Source of the DNA: Candidatus Micrarchaeaceae archaeon
GTDB taxonomy: Archaea > Micrarchaeota > Micrarchaeia > Micrarchaeales > CABMGC01
Assembly: GCA_038881455.1 (NCBI GenBank)
Contig: JAVZPT010000001.1
Span: 1 to 48,040 of the forward strand
DNA: 48,040 nucleotides
Direction of reading: 5' to 3'
The notes under the pieces were generated by a model. It ran no database searches. It was not told where the DNA came from and saw only the letters and a list, made by a program, of their open reading frames with translations. Made by a program: the position numbers and the translations under genes. Below are positions 16,388 through 24,691 of this stretch, one piece after another. How positions within the stretch are numbered: the stretch's first letter is position 1; the number at the start of each line of letters is the position of its first letter.

Positions 16388-17929
16388 ATGCAAGACTTAA
16401 AATGGTTTGCAAGCTTTACCAAATCCGCACTTGATTCAAAGGACGTGAAAGCAATAGAGCTTAACGCAGAGGCGATGGGCATAGGGGCAGCGCAGCTAAT
16501 GGAGAACGCTGGCGCTTCGGTGAAAAACTTCGTTGACAAAAAGTTTGCAAAATCAAAAAACATCCTGGTTCTGTGCGGCACAGGTAACAACGGCGGCACA
16601 GGCTTCGTAGCGGCAAGGCACCTTGAAGCAAAACACAACGTGACTGTGGCGATACTTGGCAGCGCTGCAGAGATAAAATCTTTTGGCTCGCTCATTAATT
16701 TGCATGCATTGCAAAAGTGCGCTTTTATAAACTGCGTAGACTTTGCATACGATAAGATAAGCGGGCTTATAAAGAAAAGCGACATAATTATTGACGCGGT
16801 CTTTGGAACGGGATTCCACGGGGAAATGCCAAGCGGCGTTAAAAGAGTTGCGGCTGCTGTAGCGCGCTCCAAAAAGCCAGTAATAGCAGTAGACATGCCG
16901 TCAGGCGTTGACGCAGACGGCGCAGCATCAAATGGCGCCTTCAAAGTAGCGTACACAATAACTATGCACAAGCCAAAGGTAGGCTTGCTCAACTACAAGC
17001 ACGCAGGAATTATTGAGGTTGCTGAAATAGGCATTCCGCTGGACGCTGAGCTTTATACAGGTCCTGGAGACCTTTACAAAGCCGCATGGCCTAGGGCAAG
17101 GACTGGCAACAAGTACAGCAACGGCTTTGCATTAATAATAGGCGGCAGCCCAGATTACAGCGGCGCGCCGTCGCTTGCAGCAAGCGCAGCGCAGAACACG
17201 CTTGCAGCGCTAAGAGTAGGCGCAGGCTATGCTGTGCTTGTGGTGCCCGAAGCGCTCAAGGACCTTGCAAGGCGCGCCTCGCCCAACCTGATCGTTAAAG
17301 GCTTAGGCGCAAGCAGGATAGGTGAAGGCAGCATAGAAAGCATTTCCAAAGACCTTGAGAAGAGCACTGCAGTTGCGATAGGCCCTGGCATAGGTTCATC
17401 AGCAGATACGCTAGCCTTTGCCTCTGAGCTGATAAAGACAGTTATTTCCATGGGTAAAAAGCTTGTCATAGACGCAGATGCGCTACGTGCTGTGCCAAAT
17501 TCTGGCTCTCTTGGCCCCAATGTCGCGATAACGCCGCATGACGGCGAATTCAAAAGCATTACTGGGTCTGAGCCTGGCAAGGCCCTAAAGGAAAGAGCAG
17601 CAGCAGCGGTTAAGCTCGCAAAAAGGTTTGGTGCAAACGTTGTTCTGAAAGGACATAATACTATTATTACCAACGGCACGCTGCTAAAGATAAATGAGTC
17701 AAAGACCTCCGCCCTTGCGACCATGGGTTCGGGCGATGTTCTAGCAGGCATAATTTCAGGCTATGCTGCCACAGGCACTGACATTTTTGAAGCGTGCACA
17801 GCAGGCGTTTACCTGCATTCTCGGCTTGGCGACTCGCTTGCGGTTGAAAAAGGACTTCACATACTTGCTTCTGACATAGTTGAGCGCATACCATTCGCGC
17901 TTAAATCTTTTGACGTTGAAGTGGGTTAA
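16388..17929 (+). CDS. nnr: Bifunctional NAD(P)H-hydrate repair enzyme Nnr (YjeF_N epimerase plus YjeF_C dehydratase)
   Basis: The N-domain has 'LMENAG' and 'VLCGTGNNGGTGFVAARHL'. The C-domain has 'GGSPDYSGAPSLAA', 'AIGPGIG' and 'ATMGSGDVLAGII'. Confidence 0.9.
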   Translation: MQDLKWFASFTKSALDSKDVKAIELNAEAMGIGAAQLMENAGASVKNFVDKKFAKSKNILVLCGTGNNGGTGFVAARHLEAKHNVTVAILGSAAEIKSFGSLINLHALQKCAFINCVDFAYDKISGLIKKSDIIIDAVFGTGFHGEMPSGVKRVAAAVARSKKPVIAVDMPSGVDADGAASNGAFKVAYTITMHKPKVGLLNYKHAGIIEVAEIGIPLDAELYTGPGDLYKAAWPRARTGNKYSNGFALIIGGSPDYSGAPSLAASAAQNTLAALRVGAGYAVLVVPEALKDLARRASPNLIVKGLGASRIGEGSIESISKDLEKSTAVAIGPGIGSSADTLAFASELIKTVISMGKKLVIDADALRAVPNSGSLGPNVAITPHDGEFKSITGSEPGKALKERAAAAVKLAKRFGANVVLKGHNTIITNGTLLKINESKTSALATMGSGDVLAGIISGYAATGTDIFEACTAGVYLHSRLGDSLAVEKGLHILASDIVERIPFALKSFDVEVG

Positions 17930-19821
17930 TGGCGAGCCCGTTCTCTATTGCCAAGAAGGAATTTTCAGAAGCAATCACTGGCGCAATATCAGAAATCTAT
18001 GGCGTTTTGTCCAGCGCAGAGGAAGTCCTACAAAGCATAACAATACCAGACTATTCCTTCGGTGACATAAGTACGTCGTTCGCTTTTTCGCTTGCAAAGA
18101 AGCTTAAGAAAAACCCAGCGGAGATAGCCGAAGAGATAGCAAGGCGCGCCAAGCCAAGCACATTAGTAAAGTCCTTTTCAAGCGCTGGCGGCTACGTAAA
18201 CGCGCATTTTAATGAATCAAGATATTCAAAGCTTGTAATAGACACTGTGTTTGAAGAAGCCGAAGATTATGGCTCAAGCAACATAGGAAAAGACGAGAAG
18301 GTAATTGTGGAATACCCAAGCGTAAATCCTACAAAGCCATGGCACGTAGGCCACCTTAGGAACGCGCTGCTTGGCGACGCCATAGCAAACATGCTCGAAT
18401 TCTGCGGCTACAGAGTCGAGCGCGAAAATTACATAGATGACTTGGGCTTGCAGATGGCAGAGACTTTGTGGGGCTATTTGCACATAAGCAAGGATCCAAA
18501 CGGCAAAAAGTTTGACCAATTCCTAGGCGAGCAGTACGTTGAAGTAAACAAGATGATTGAACAGAAAGTCGTGCAGGAAGAGATAAACGCGATACTTAAG
18601 AGAATGGAGCTTGGCGATACCGATGAGGCAAAGCTGTCTAGGAGCCAGGCTGAAGCGTGCGTAAAAGCGCAATACGAAACGTCGTTCGCGTTTGGCATAT
18701 ACCACGACGTGCTAATGTGGGAAAGCGACATAGTGAAGAGAAGGCTACTTGAGAGTGCACTTTCGATGGCCGAGAAAAAAGGCGTAATAGAAAAGGTCAG
18801 CGAAGGCGATTACAAAGGATGCGTTGTGCTGGATTTGGAAAAGGTAAAAACACATGCGAAAGAATTCGAGAATCCCAAGGAACGGTATAAGGTACTTGTA
18901 AGGAGCAATGGCGTGGCAACATATGCCATGAAGGACTTTGCGTTCCACCTCTGGAAGCTGGGCCTGATAAACACGAATTTCTTGTTTGCAAAGTTTATTG
19001 ACAAGCAACCCAATGGCAAGCCACTTTATACAAGCAACGAGCATGGCGAGCTTGCCGAATTCGGCAACGCAAAAAAGGCAGTGAACATAATAGACATGGG
19101 CCAGAAAGCGGAGCAGGCCGTAGTTAAGGCGCTGCTTGAGCTTACTGGGCCTGGCGCAAGCGAGGCACTAGTGCATGTGGCTTACGGAAAGGTTGAACTT
19201 GAGAAGGGCACTTTGAGTGGTCGCAAGGGCGGCTGGCTCGGCGAAGATCGCAATTACACCGCAGACGACCTTCTCAAAGAGGCGGTTATAAAGGCGTTAG
19301 AAAAGACTCAGGCAAGCCAAAAGGTCAACAGTGAAAACGCTGAGGAAACCGCAAGGCGGATAGCGCTAGCCGCAATAAAATTTGAATACCTTAGGGTTTC
19401 ACCCGAAAAGACGATTGTTTTTTCCTGGGAAAACGCGCTCAACTTCCAGGCAAACAGCGGACCTTATGTAATGTATATGTATGCAAGGGCAAACAGAATA
19501 CTTGAAAAGGGCGAGTACAAAAAGGCGCCGCTTTCTGAAAATGATTACAATACGATAGACAGAGGCCCTGGATTTGAGCTTATAAAAAGCATAGGTAATG
19601 CGCAGGATGTTTTTGTTGGTGCGGCGATTTCGTACAGGCCAAACACGGTTGCAGAATACCTGCTTAAACTGTCTGCCCTGTTCAGCGAATTCTATGAAAA
19701 GGAGCCAGTACTGAAGGGCGGCGAAGCAAGAAACGCAAGGCTTGCAGTTGTTTACTGCGCGATGCAGACAATGGCTAACGGCATGCGCCTACTTGGCATA
19801 ACGCCTGCAAAGTTCATGTAA
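17929..19821 (+). CDS. argS: Arginine--tRNA ligase
   Basis: It has 'SVNPTKPWHVGHLRNALLGD' (HIGH region), a DALR-type C-terminal domain and the characteristic C-terminal Met ('...ITPAKFM'). Its start overlaps the nnr stop (TAATG). Confidence 0.9.
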   Translation: MASPFSIAKKEFSEAITGAISEIYGVLSSAEEVLQSITIPDYSFGDISTSFAFSLAKKLKKNPAEIAEEIARRAKPSTLVKSFSSAGGYVNAHFNESRYSKLVIDTVFEEAEDYGSSNIGKDEKVIVEYPSVNPTKPWHVGHLRNALLGDAIANMLEFCGYRVERENYIDDLGLQMAETLWGYLHISKDPNGKKFDQFLGEQYVEVNKMIEQKVVQEEINAILKRMELGDTDEAKLSRSQAEACVKAQYETSFAFGIYHDVLMWESDIVKRRLLESALSMAEKKGVIEKVSEGDYKGCVVLDLEKVKTHAKEFENPKERYKVLVRSNGVATYAMKDFAFHLWKLGLINTNFLFAKFIDKQPNGKPLYTSNEHGELAEFGNAKKAVNIIDMGQKAEQAVVKALLELTGPGASEALVHVAYGKVELEKGTLSGRKGGWLGEDRNYTADDLLKEAVIKALEKTQASQKVNSENAEETARRIALAAIKFEYLRVSPEKTIVFSWENALNFQANSGPYVMYMYARANRILEKGEYKKAPLSENDYNTIDRGPGFELIKSIGNAQDVFVGAAISYRPNTVAEYLLKLSALFSEFYEKEPVLKGGEARNARLAVVYCAMQTMANGMRLLGITPAKFM

Positions 19822-20017
19822 GTGTAGATCGCGGTCTCTTTGTCAGCACGTACGCAGAAGCCATGCCTCTGCAAGTAGCATGCTCGAATACATAAAAAGC
19901 ATTCCGCATGTGAAAGCAAGCATTGCCGTTGAAGCGCAAACTCAAAAGTTGCGGGCGCGGCAGAAGCCACGCCAGCAAGGGCAGGGCAGCTCACTGGAAA
20001 TGCGAAACATATAGCAA

Positions 20018-20028
20018 ATATATTTTTA
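20018..20028 (+). promoter_or_regulatory. TATA-like box (ATATATTTTTA) upstream of tRNA-Arg(CCU)
   Basis: It is centred about 29 nt upstream of tRNA position 1 (20052). Confidence 0.4.
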
Positions 20029-20051
20029 TGTAATGGTTTAATATCTAGCAA

Positions 20052-20146
20052 GGGCCCGTAGCTCAGCTTGGACAGAGCGGCGCCGTCCTAAGGCGAAGGC
20101 CGTGGGTTCAAAATAAGTTTTGCTTATGTAAATCCCACCGGGCCCG
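20052..20146 (+). tRNA. tRNA-Arg: tRNA-Arg (anticodon CCU) with a roughly 20-nt intron inside the T-loop
   Basis: Acceptor stem is GGGCCCG/CGGGCCC. D arm is GCTC-AGCTTGGACA-GAGC. Anticodon arm is GCGCC-GTCCTAA-GGCGA, with a G-A mismatch at the 27-43 pair. T stem is GTGGG/CCCAC, but the loop reads TTCAAA[..20 nt..]T. Removing about 20112-20131 restores TTCAAAT. The insert contains an ATAAG/CTTAT hairpin. Confidence 0.75.
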
Positions 20147-20166
20147 TGAAATAAAGGCATGATTAA

Positions 20167-21195
20167 ATGCAAACTGGCAAGGGCAGCAGAAGAATATCAA
20201 ATGAGCCCAGAATAATAGTAAAGCCACTCGGCAGGTTCGGCGGACTGGACAACATACACGTCGCTTTGATAGTGGTGGTGGCCCTGCTTATTGCCCTGCT
20301 TCTCGTGGTTTCGTATTCAAAGCCTGTGATAATAAAGCAGAGCAACAACACAACAATAGCAAAGCCCGCGCACAGCGGTGCAGAAGCGTTGGCGCAGGTC
20401 CAGAGATTGCTAGCAAGCTATGGCACTGCAAATAGTTCGCTATCACTCCTGCCTTATATAGCAGAGGTACAAAATTATAGCCTAGCGTATGTTGCAAGCG
20501 AAAACGAATGGCTTGTGACTGTGCCTGCGGTTAATCCAGCGACAGGCACGCGTTTCGTTCTTGGATTCTTGGTAAACGATACCAATATATCAAAGATTGT
20601 GCCTTTCATACAAACGGTTACGCCTTCTCCAATAAGCAACAACAGCGTGGCGTACCAAGGGGTCGTGAAGCTTTACAACAAGTACCAATGCAGCACGCAA
20701 AGACCCTTGCAGCTTTACTGGTTTATCGACCCATACGAGCCTGGCGCCATAAGAAGCTTGCTTAATGCCAGTGAGCTTGAATCGCAATTCAACGGAAACA
20801 TAAGCATAGGCATAAAGATACTGAACACACAGGCAACACAGAATATTGCAAAAGACTATGGAATCGCTAACGCGCAGCTTTTGGGCAAGTTTATTTTCTG
20901 CGCTTCAAACCAAAGCGACTTTTCAGGCTTTGTAAACTATTTGAATAGCGAGTACACCGGTTCTTTCATGGGGCTGGGCGAACTTAGCAACATAGCAAAC
21001 GAGTCAGGTCTTAACTACTCTTCGCTGATCGAATGCGTAAACAACTCGCAAACGACTCTAAACGACCAAGCGCTGCTTGCACAGTATTACAACATAACGC
21101 AAACGCCAAGTGTTGTGGTAAACTGCGAATACTTGACAATACCTGAGACTGCGCGTAACGCAATATGCTATGCCAACAGCACGATTTGCAGGTAG
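20167..21195 (+). CDS. N-terminally membrane-anchored extracytoplasmic DsbA-like thioredoxin-fold protein lacking the CxxC site
   Basis: There is a TM helix at about residues 30-50 and many N-x-S/T sequons. 'LQLYWFIDPYEPGAIRSL' sits where DsbA family members have 'v.eF.D..CP.C'. 'YNITQTPSVVVNCEYL' corresponds to the 'g..gTPtf.vNG' cis-Pro region. Confidence 0.5.
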   Translation: MQTGKGSRRISNEPRIIVKPLGRFGGLDNIHVALIVVVALLIALLLVVSYSKPVIIKQSNNTTIAKPAHSGAEALAQVQRLLASYGTANSSLSLLPYIAEVQNYSLAYVASENEWLVTVPAVNPATGTRFVLGFLVNDTNISKIVPFIQTVTPSPISNNSVAYQGVVKLYNKYQCSTQRPLQLYWFIDPYEPGAIRSLLNASELESQFNGNISIGIKILNTQATQNIAKDYGIANAQLLGKFIFCASNQSDFSGFVNYLNSEYTGSFMGLGELSNIANESGLNYSSLIECVNNSQTTLNDQALLAQYYNITQTPSVVVNCEYLTIPETARNAICYANSTICR

Positions 21196-21199
21196 ATGC

Positions 21200-21679
21200 A
21201 TGCATTTGATAGTTGGAGTTGACTGCGGCAAGACGGCGGCGATAGCTTTCCTTGACCTTAACGGCAAACTTGAAGGACTCTATACTGGCCGTTCTGCTGG
21301 CTTTGGCTGGTTTGTTGACAAAATAGAGCGCGTTGGCATACCAGTAATAATAGCAAGCGACAAGGAAAAGCCAGATTACACTGCAAAGAGACTTGCAGCT
21401 GCGTTTGGAGCCGTGCTTTTTGCGCCGGATTCCGACATTAGCATCGCAAAGAAATCTGAGCTTGCTGGAAAGGTAGAAAACTTTCATGAACGAGATGCGC
21501 TTGCGGCTGCGCGCTCGGCTTACAATGCATATTCTAACAAACTTAAGCAGGTAGACAAATTCGCAAGCGCAAGCGGCGCAGACGCTGACAAGCTCAAGGC
21601 GCTTGTAATCGCCAAGCAATACTCTATTTACGAAGCAGTTATGGGCATAAAGTCTGGAAGGGCGAAGCACAGGTTGTAG
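21200..21679 (+). CDS. DUF460/COG2433-like protein, short form (RNase H-like N-terminal module only)
   Basis: 'LIVGVDCGKTAAIAFLDLNG', 'GIPVIIASDKEKPDYTAKRLAAAFGAVLFAP' and 'NFHERDALAAARSAYNAY' match the conserved N-terminal blocks of archaeal DUF460 proteins. The start is ATG 21200. Confidence 0.5.
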   Translation: MHLIVGVDCGKTAAIAFLDLNGKLEGLYTGRSAGFGWFVDKIERVGIPVIIASDKEKPDYTAKRLAAAFGAVLFAPDSDISIAKKSELAGKVENFHERDALAAARSAYNAYSNKLKQVDKFASASGADADKLKALVIAKQYSIYEAVMGIKSGRAKHRL

Positions 21680-21706
21680 ACGCACGGCTTAAACAATCTT
21701 ACATAA

Positions 21707-23176
21707 TTACGATAATAGTTTGTTTATCTGCGGATATGCTTCAAGTGCGTTTTCCTGTTCGATTTGCTGGTACACCATGTACATTATGCCAACGGTAAGC
21801 AGTATGCCTACGCCTGTGCCCACTGCGCCTGCTAGCGTAGCGAACACGGCAAGAAGGGCAACAATTATGCTGCCAAGTACAGTAACAACAGGTATGTACT
21901 TGTTCAGCAGGTTCTCCACAATCCTTGGGTCTCGTCTAAACCCAGGTATTTGCCAGCCAGTATCTTGAAGCTGCTGCGCCACGTTCTTGGGGCTTTGGCC
22001 CGTCATCTCTATCCAAAACTTTCCGAAAAGCACAGAGAGCAGAACGAACACAACGGTAAATATGATTATGTGCACGTATCCAGGAATTTCAAGCGTTGCG
22101 CCGCTTGGCAGAACAAGAGGGCTTGTGCTTACAACAAGCTGCTGCAGGTAAACAGCATAGTTTACTACTTGCACAGATGTTCCTGCAGAGCTAAAAGGCG
22201 TAGGGAAGCTAGGCGATATTAAAAACAAAAGGCCTCCGGTAAGCGTAGGCGAGGTTGAGCCTGGCTGCACAGTATAAAGGGCGAAGAACTGCGCCCAATG
22301 CGCAAGCGGACCGGTTACGTGCGCAAGCAGGGCAAACCACACAGTCAGCGAAGCCGTAAGCGAGTACGTAAGAATAACAGGCAGCACGCTAACATAAAGC
22401 AGCGGTATGGGCAGCCGCCCGCCTATGCCCCTGAACTGCGAAAAGACCATTGGCAATTCGACCTTTATGTTGAACACGTAAATGCTTATCAGAAATACAA
22501 CAACAGCGGCAAAAAGCGGAGCGAAGGCAAGAAGCGCGTCTGACATTGCGGCCGCGCCGCCAGAAGCTATTGCAGCCGCAGCGCTGGGCAGTATGCTTGA
22601 TGCTGTCGTGGCAACGATAGCATAGGCGACGCCACCTGCGATAAAGAGGTTTATGCCAGAAGTTATTCCGTACTTTGTCATGGCCTCGTCAAGGAATACA
22701 ATTATTATCGCGCTCAGAGCAAGCTGCAACACCACAATGCCATAGAAACTCGGGCTGATAAGCGGAGCGTAGCCTGCGTTGACAAAAACCGCAGCTTCTA
22801 CAACAGCTATGCCCATCGCGAAAAGCTTCTGCAGGCTTTGGAATCTGCCTTTGACTACCGTGTCGTTTAGGTCAACGTTTATTACGCCTGCTCCTATTAC
22901 AAGCTGCAACACAATGCTTGCTATTACTATTGGTCCTATGCCTACTGTTGTGAGGTAGCCCATCCTAGAAGCAAATACCGTATTTATCAGTTGGAACAGC
23001 GCAGATTGTATAGAAACCTTACTAACCCCTAGCGCAGGCGTGCTGAACATAAGGAAGAAAATGCCCATTATTACGCCTGTCCATACCATCTTCTCCCTGA
23101 ACGAAAGCGGCGTTGATGGCCTTTTTATAACTGGCACGTACTTCAGAATGGGGTCAAGCTGGTGCAGGTCTGTCAT
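21707..23176 (-). CDS. secY: Preprotein translocase subunit SecY
   Basis: Length is 489 aa with about 10 TM segments. The N-terminus 'LDPILKYVPVIKRPSTPLSFREKMVWTG' and the C-terminal cytosolic loop 'GWQIPGFRRDPR' are archaeal SecY/Sec61alpha hallmarks. Confidence 0.95.
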   Translation of the reverse strand: MTDLHQLDPILKYVPVIKRPSTPLSFREKMVWTGVIMGIFFLMFSTPALGVSKVSIQSALFQLINTVFASRMGYLTTVGIGPIVIASIVLQLVIGAGVINVDLNDTVVKGRFQSLQKLFAMGIAVVEAAVFVNAGYAPLISPSFYGIVVLQLALSAIIIVFLDEAMTKYGITSGINLFIAGGVAYAIVATTASSILPSAAAAIASGGAAAMSDALLAFAPLFAAVVVFLISIYVFNIKVELPMVFSQFRGIGGRLPIPLLYVSVLPVILTYSLTASLTVWFALLAHVTGPLAHWAQFFALYTVQPGSTSPTLTGGLLFLISPSFPTPFSSAGTSVQVVNYAVYLQQLVVSTSPLVLPSGATLEIPGYVHIIIFTVVFVLLSVLFGKFWIEMTGQSPKNVAQQLQDTGWQIPGFRRDPRIVENLLNKYIPVVTVLGSIIVALLAVFATLAGAVGTGVGILLTVGIMYMVYQQIEQENALEAYPQINKLLS

Positions 23177-23194
23177 ACTGTGTTGTTTTGCTAG

Positions 23195-24178
23195 TTAAAA
23201 CTTAAAAAGCACATGGTAAGCTCCAGCAGACAAGCGCCTTTCGACACTGCACGAGGAGCCATGGGAAGAGCAAAGGTAGCCTTTAACAAGGGCGCTGCTT
23301 ACACGCAAAAACCCGCTCGAAGAAAGGCTGTGCGGATAGCGCAGCACAAACGTTTTGGATTTGCCTTTTATGTTTACGGTATCAAAGCCCAAATTTATGT
23401 AATTGGCAAGCATGCTTAAGCCACTGTTTTCACTTCGCATGTATTTAGAAGCGCGCACACCAATGGCATAAGCAAGTTTTTCTGCCGCACTGAGAAGAGG
23501 CTCGCGCTCCAGAGGCATAAACGATAGCGAAAAGTAATCTTCGCTTGCTGCTTTGATGTCATGCGCAGCAGCAGGAGCAGAAGAAGCAGCAGAAGCAGCC
23601 GCAGCAAGCAGCCTTGAAGCTGAATCAATGTTGTCTATATAAGAAAGGCCAGCAAAAGGATTCAGAGAGCTATTGATTTCAAATTGGCAAAATTCAGAAC
23701 CGTTAAATACGCAATGGGTTTCGCGTACGTGCAGACGCTTCGCCGTTTGCCTTGAAAGAAAGCCAGCAATTATTCCTGACTCAAAGCTATGCACATTCGT
23801 ATTTGCGTTGATGCTTATTCCGTGCGCTCTTGCAGAAGTAATCTTGGCCTCTGTTTCAAACGGAGCATAAAGCACATGGCCCAGCCCTGCAGAAGCTAGA
23901 ATGCGCTCAAGCGAAGAAAGGCCAGAGAAGTGCGAGGCGGCGAGCTCTCCTAAGGCAAGGCCTGATTTATAAGCATACTTCTTAGTCTCTTCTGCAATGT
24001 TGTAGATCAGATCCTGCAGTCTTAACGCCATGTGTGCTTGCACGGCCCCGCTTGAATTTACGATTTTGCCAATGAGAAACAGCTCTGTGCTCCTTGGCTT
24101 TTGCGCCGTTTTTTCCTTTGCCTGTTTGCGATTCTTTGGATTTGAAAACCTATTGCGTTGCGCAGTGCCTTTTCTCAT
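23195..24178 (-). CDS. Hypothetical protein with V4R (4-vinyl reductase-like) domain(s)
   Basis: 'HVRETHCVFNGSEFCQFEI' matches the V4R 'E..C...G...C.F.i' ending. The second half shows a weaker repeat of it. The N-terminus is basic and an Ala/Ser-rich linker is present. Its start overlaps the upstream gene's stop by 4 nt (ATGA). Confidence 0.45.
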   Translation of the reverse strand: MRKGTAQRNRFSNPKNRKQAKEKTAQKPRSTELFLIGKIVNSSGAVQAHMALRLQDLIYNIAEETKKYAYKSGLALGELAASHFSGLSSLERILASAGLGHVLYAPFETEAKITSARAHGISINANTNVHSFESGIIAGFLSRQTAKRLHVRETHCVFNGSEFCQFEINSSLNPFAGLSYIDNIDSASRLLAAAASAASSAPAAAHDIKAASEDYFSLSFMPLEREPLLSAAEKLAYAIGVRASKYMRSENSGLSMLANYINLGFDTVNIKGKSKTFVLRYPHSLSSSGFLRVSSALVKGYLCSSHGSSCSVERRLSAGAYHVLFKF

Positions 24179-24690
24179 CGGACCGCCTTAATGCCCAACT
24201 GATAATAAATAAGAAAAAGATTTACGGCTATAAGCCCAAGGAATATTGGCAAATTATATTTTGCTATGGTCGACACAAAGGCGAGGGCTTGCAGCGAGTC
24301 GAAGCCGAGGCTCATGACGAAAGGAAACAGTATTGGCGAATCGCATCCGCAGCTTGCTACTAAACTGCCTGCTACGGAAATTGCTGTGCCTGTTACGCTG
24401 CATGCTGCGCCAGAATATGCCTTTCTGTAAGCTCTGTAAGCGCGCGCTGCGCTATGAATTCCAATTGCAAACACGAGCGCGCTTGTAGCTATTAGGGCAT
24501 AAATAACATATACGGGCACCAAAGGGAAGAAGATGCCTGAACTGCTTTTTATAACAAGGTAAAACAAGGAATAGTATGCTGCTGCTGCTGCAAGCGCAAC
24601 TGCAACATAGATGGGCTTTCTGAATATGCTTACGAATGCCTTTGCCCGTGACATAGGAGCCACTGCTTTGCCTGCCTTCTTTTCAGGCAT
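24175..24690 (-). CDS. Small polytopic membrane protein (about 4 TM helices) with a C-x16-CGC cysteine cluster in TM3
   Basis: The hydrophobic profile was read from the translation. The N-terminus and the TM2-TM3 loop are positively charged. 'AACSVTGTAISVAGSLVASCGCDSP' places CGC at the predicted outer face. It starts 1 nt after the DUF929 stop. Confidence 0.6.
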   Translation of the reverse strand: MPEKKAGKAVAPMSRAKAFVSIFRKPIYVAVALAAAAAYYSLFYLVIKSSSGIFFPLVPVYVIYALIATSALVFAIGIHSAARAYRAYRKAYSGAACSVTGTAISVAGSLVASCGCDSPILFPFVMSLGFDSLQALAFVSTIAKYNLPIFLGLIAVNLFLIYYQLGIKAVR

Positions 24691-24691
24691 C

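Noticed and set aside
16363-16992. Long antisense ORFs inside well-supported genes. Examples are 16363..16992 in nnr, 11060..11695 in the ABC ATPase, 12255..12767 in the permease, 37946..38575 in polC and 47001..47540 in rpl22.
   Set aside because: Each overlaps a gene with clear family motifs on the opposite strand and has Ser/Ala/Cys/Leu-rich shadow-like composition. This is the usual artefact of codon-biased coding DNA.
19752-20051. A 99-aa minus-strand ORF between argS and tRNA-Arg, and a 44-codon plus-strand ORF at 19880..20014
   Set aside because: The minus ORF overlaps the argS 3' end and the tRNA promoter and has no recognisable motif. The plus ORF (MLEYIKSIPHVKAS...) has no recognisable family and no obvious promoter. 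The spacer is left unannotated.
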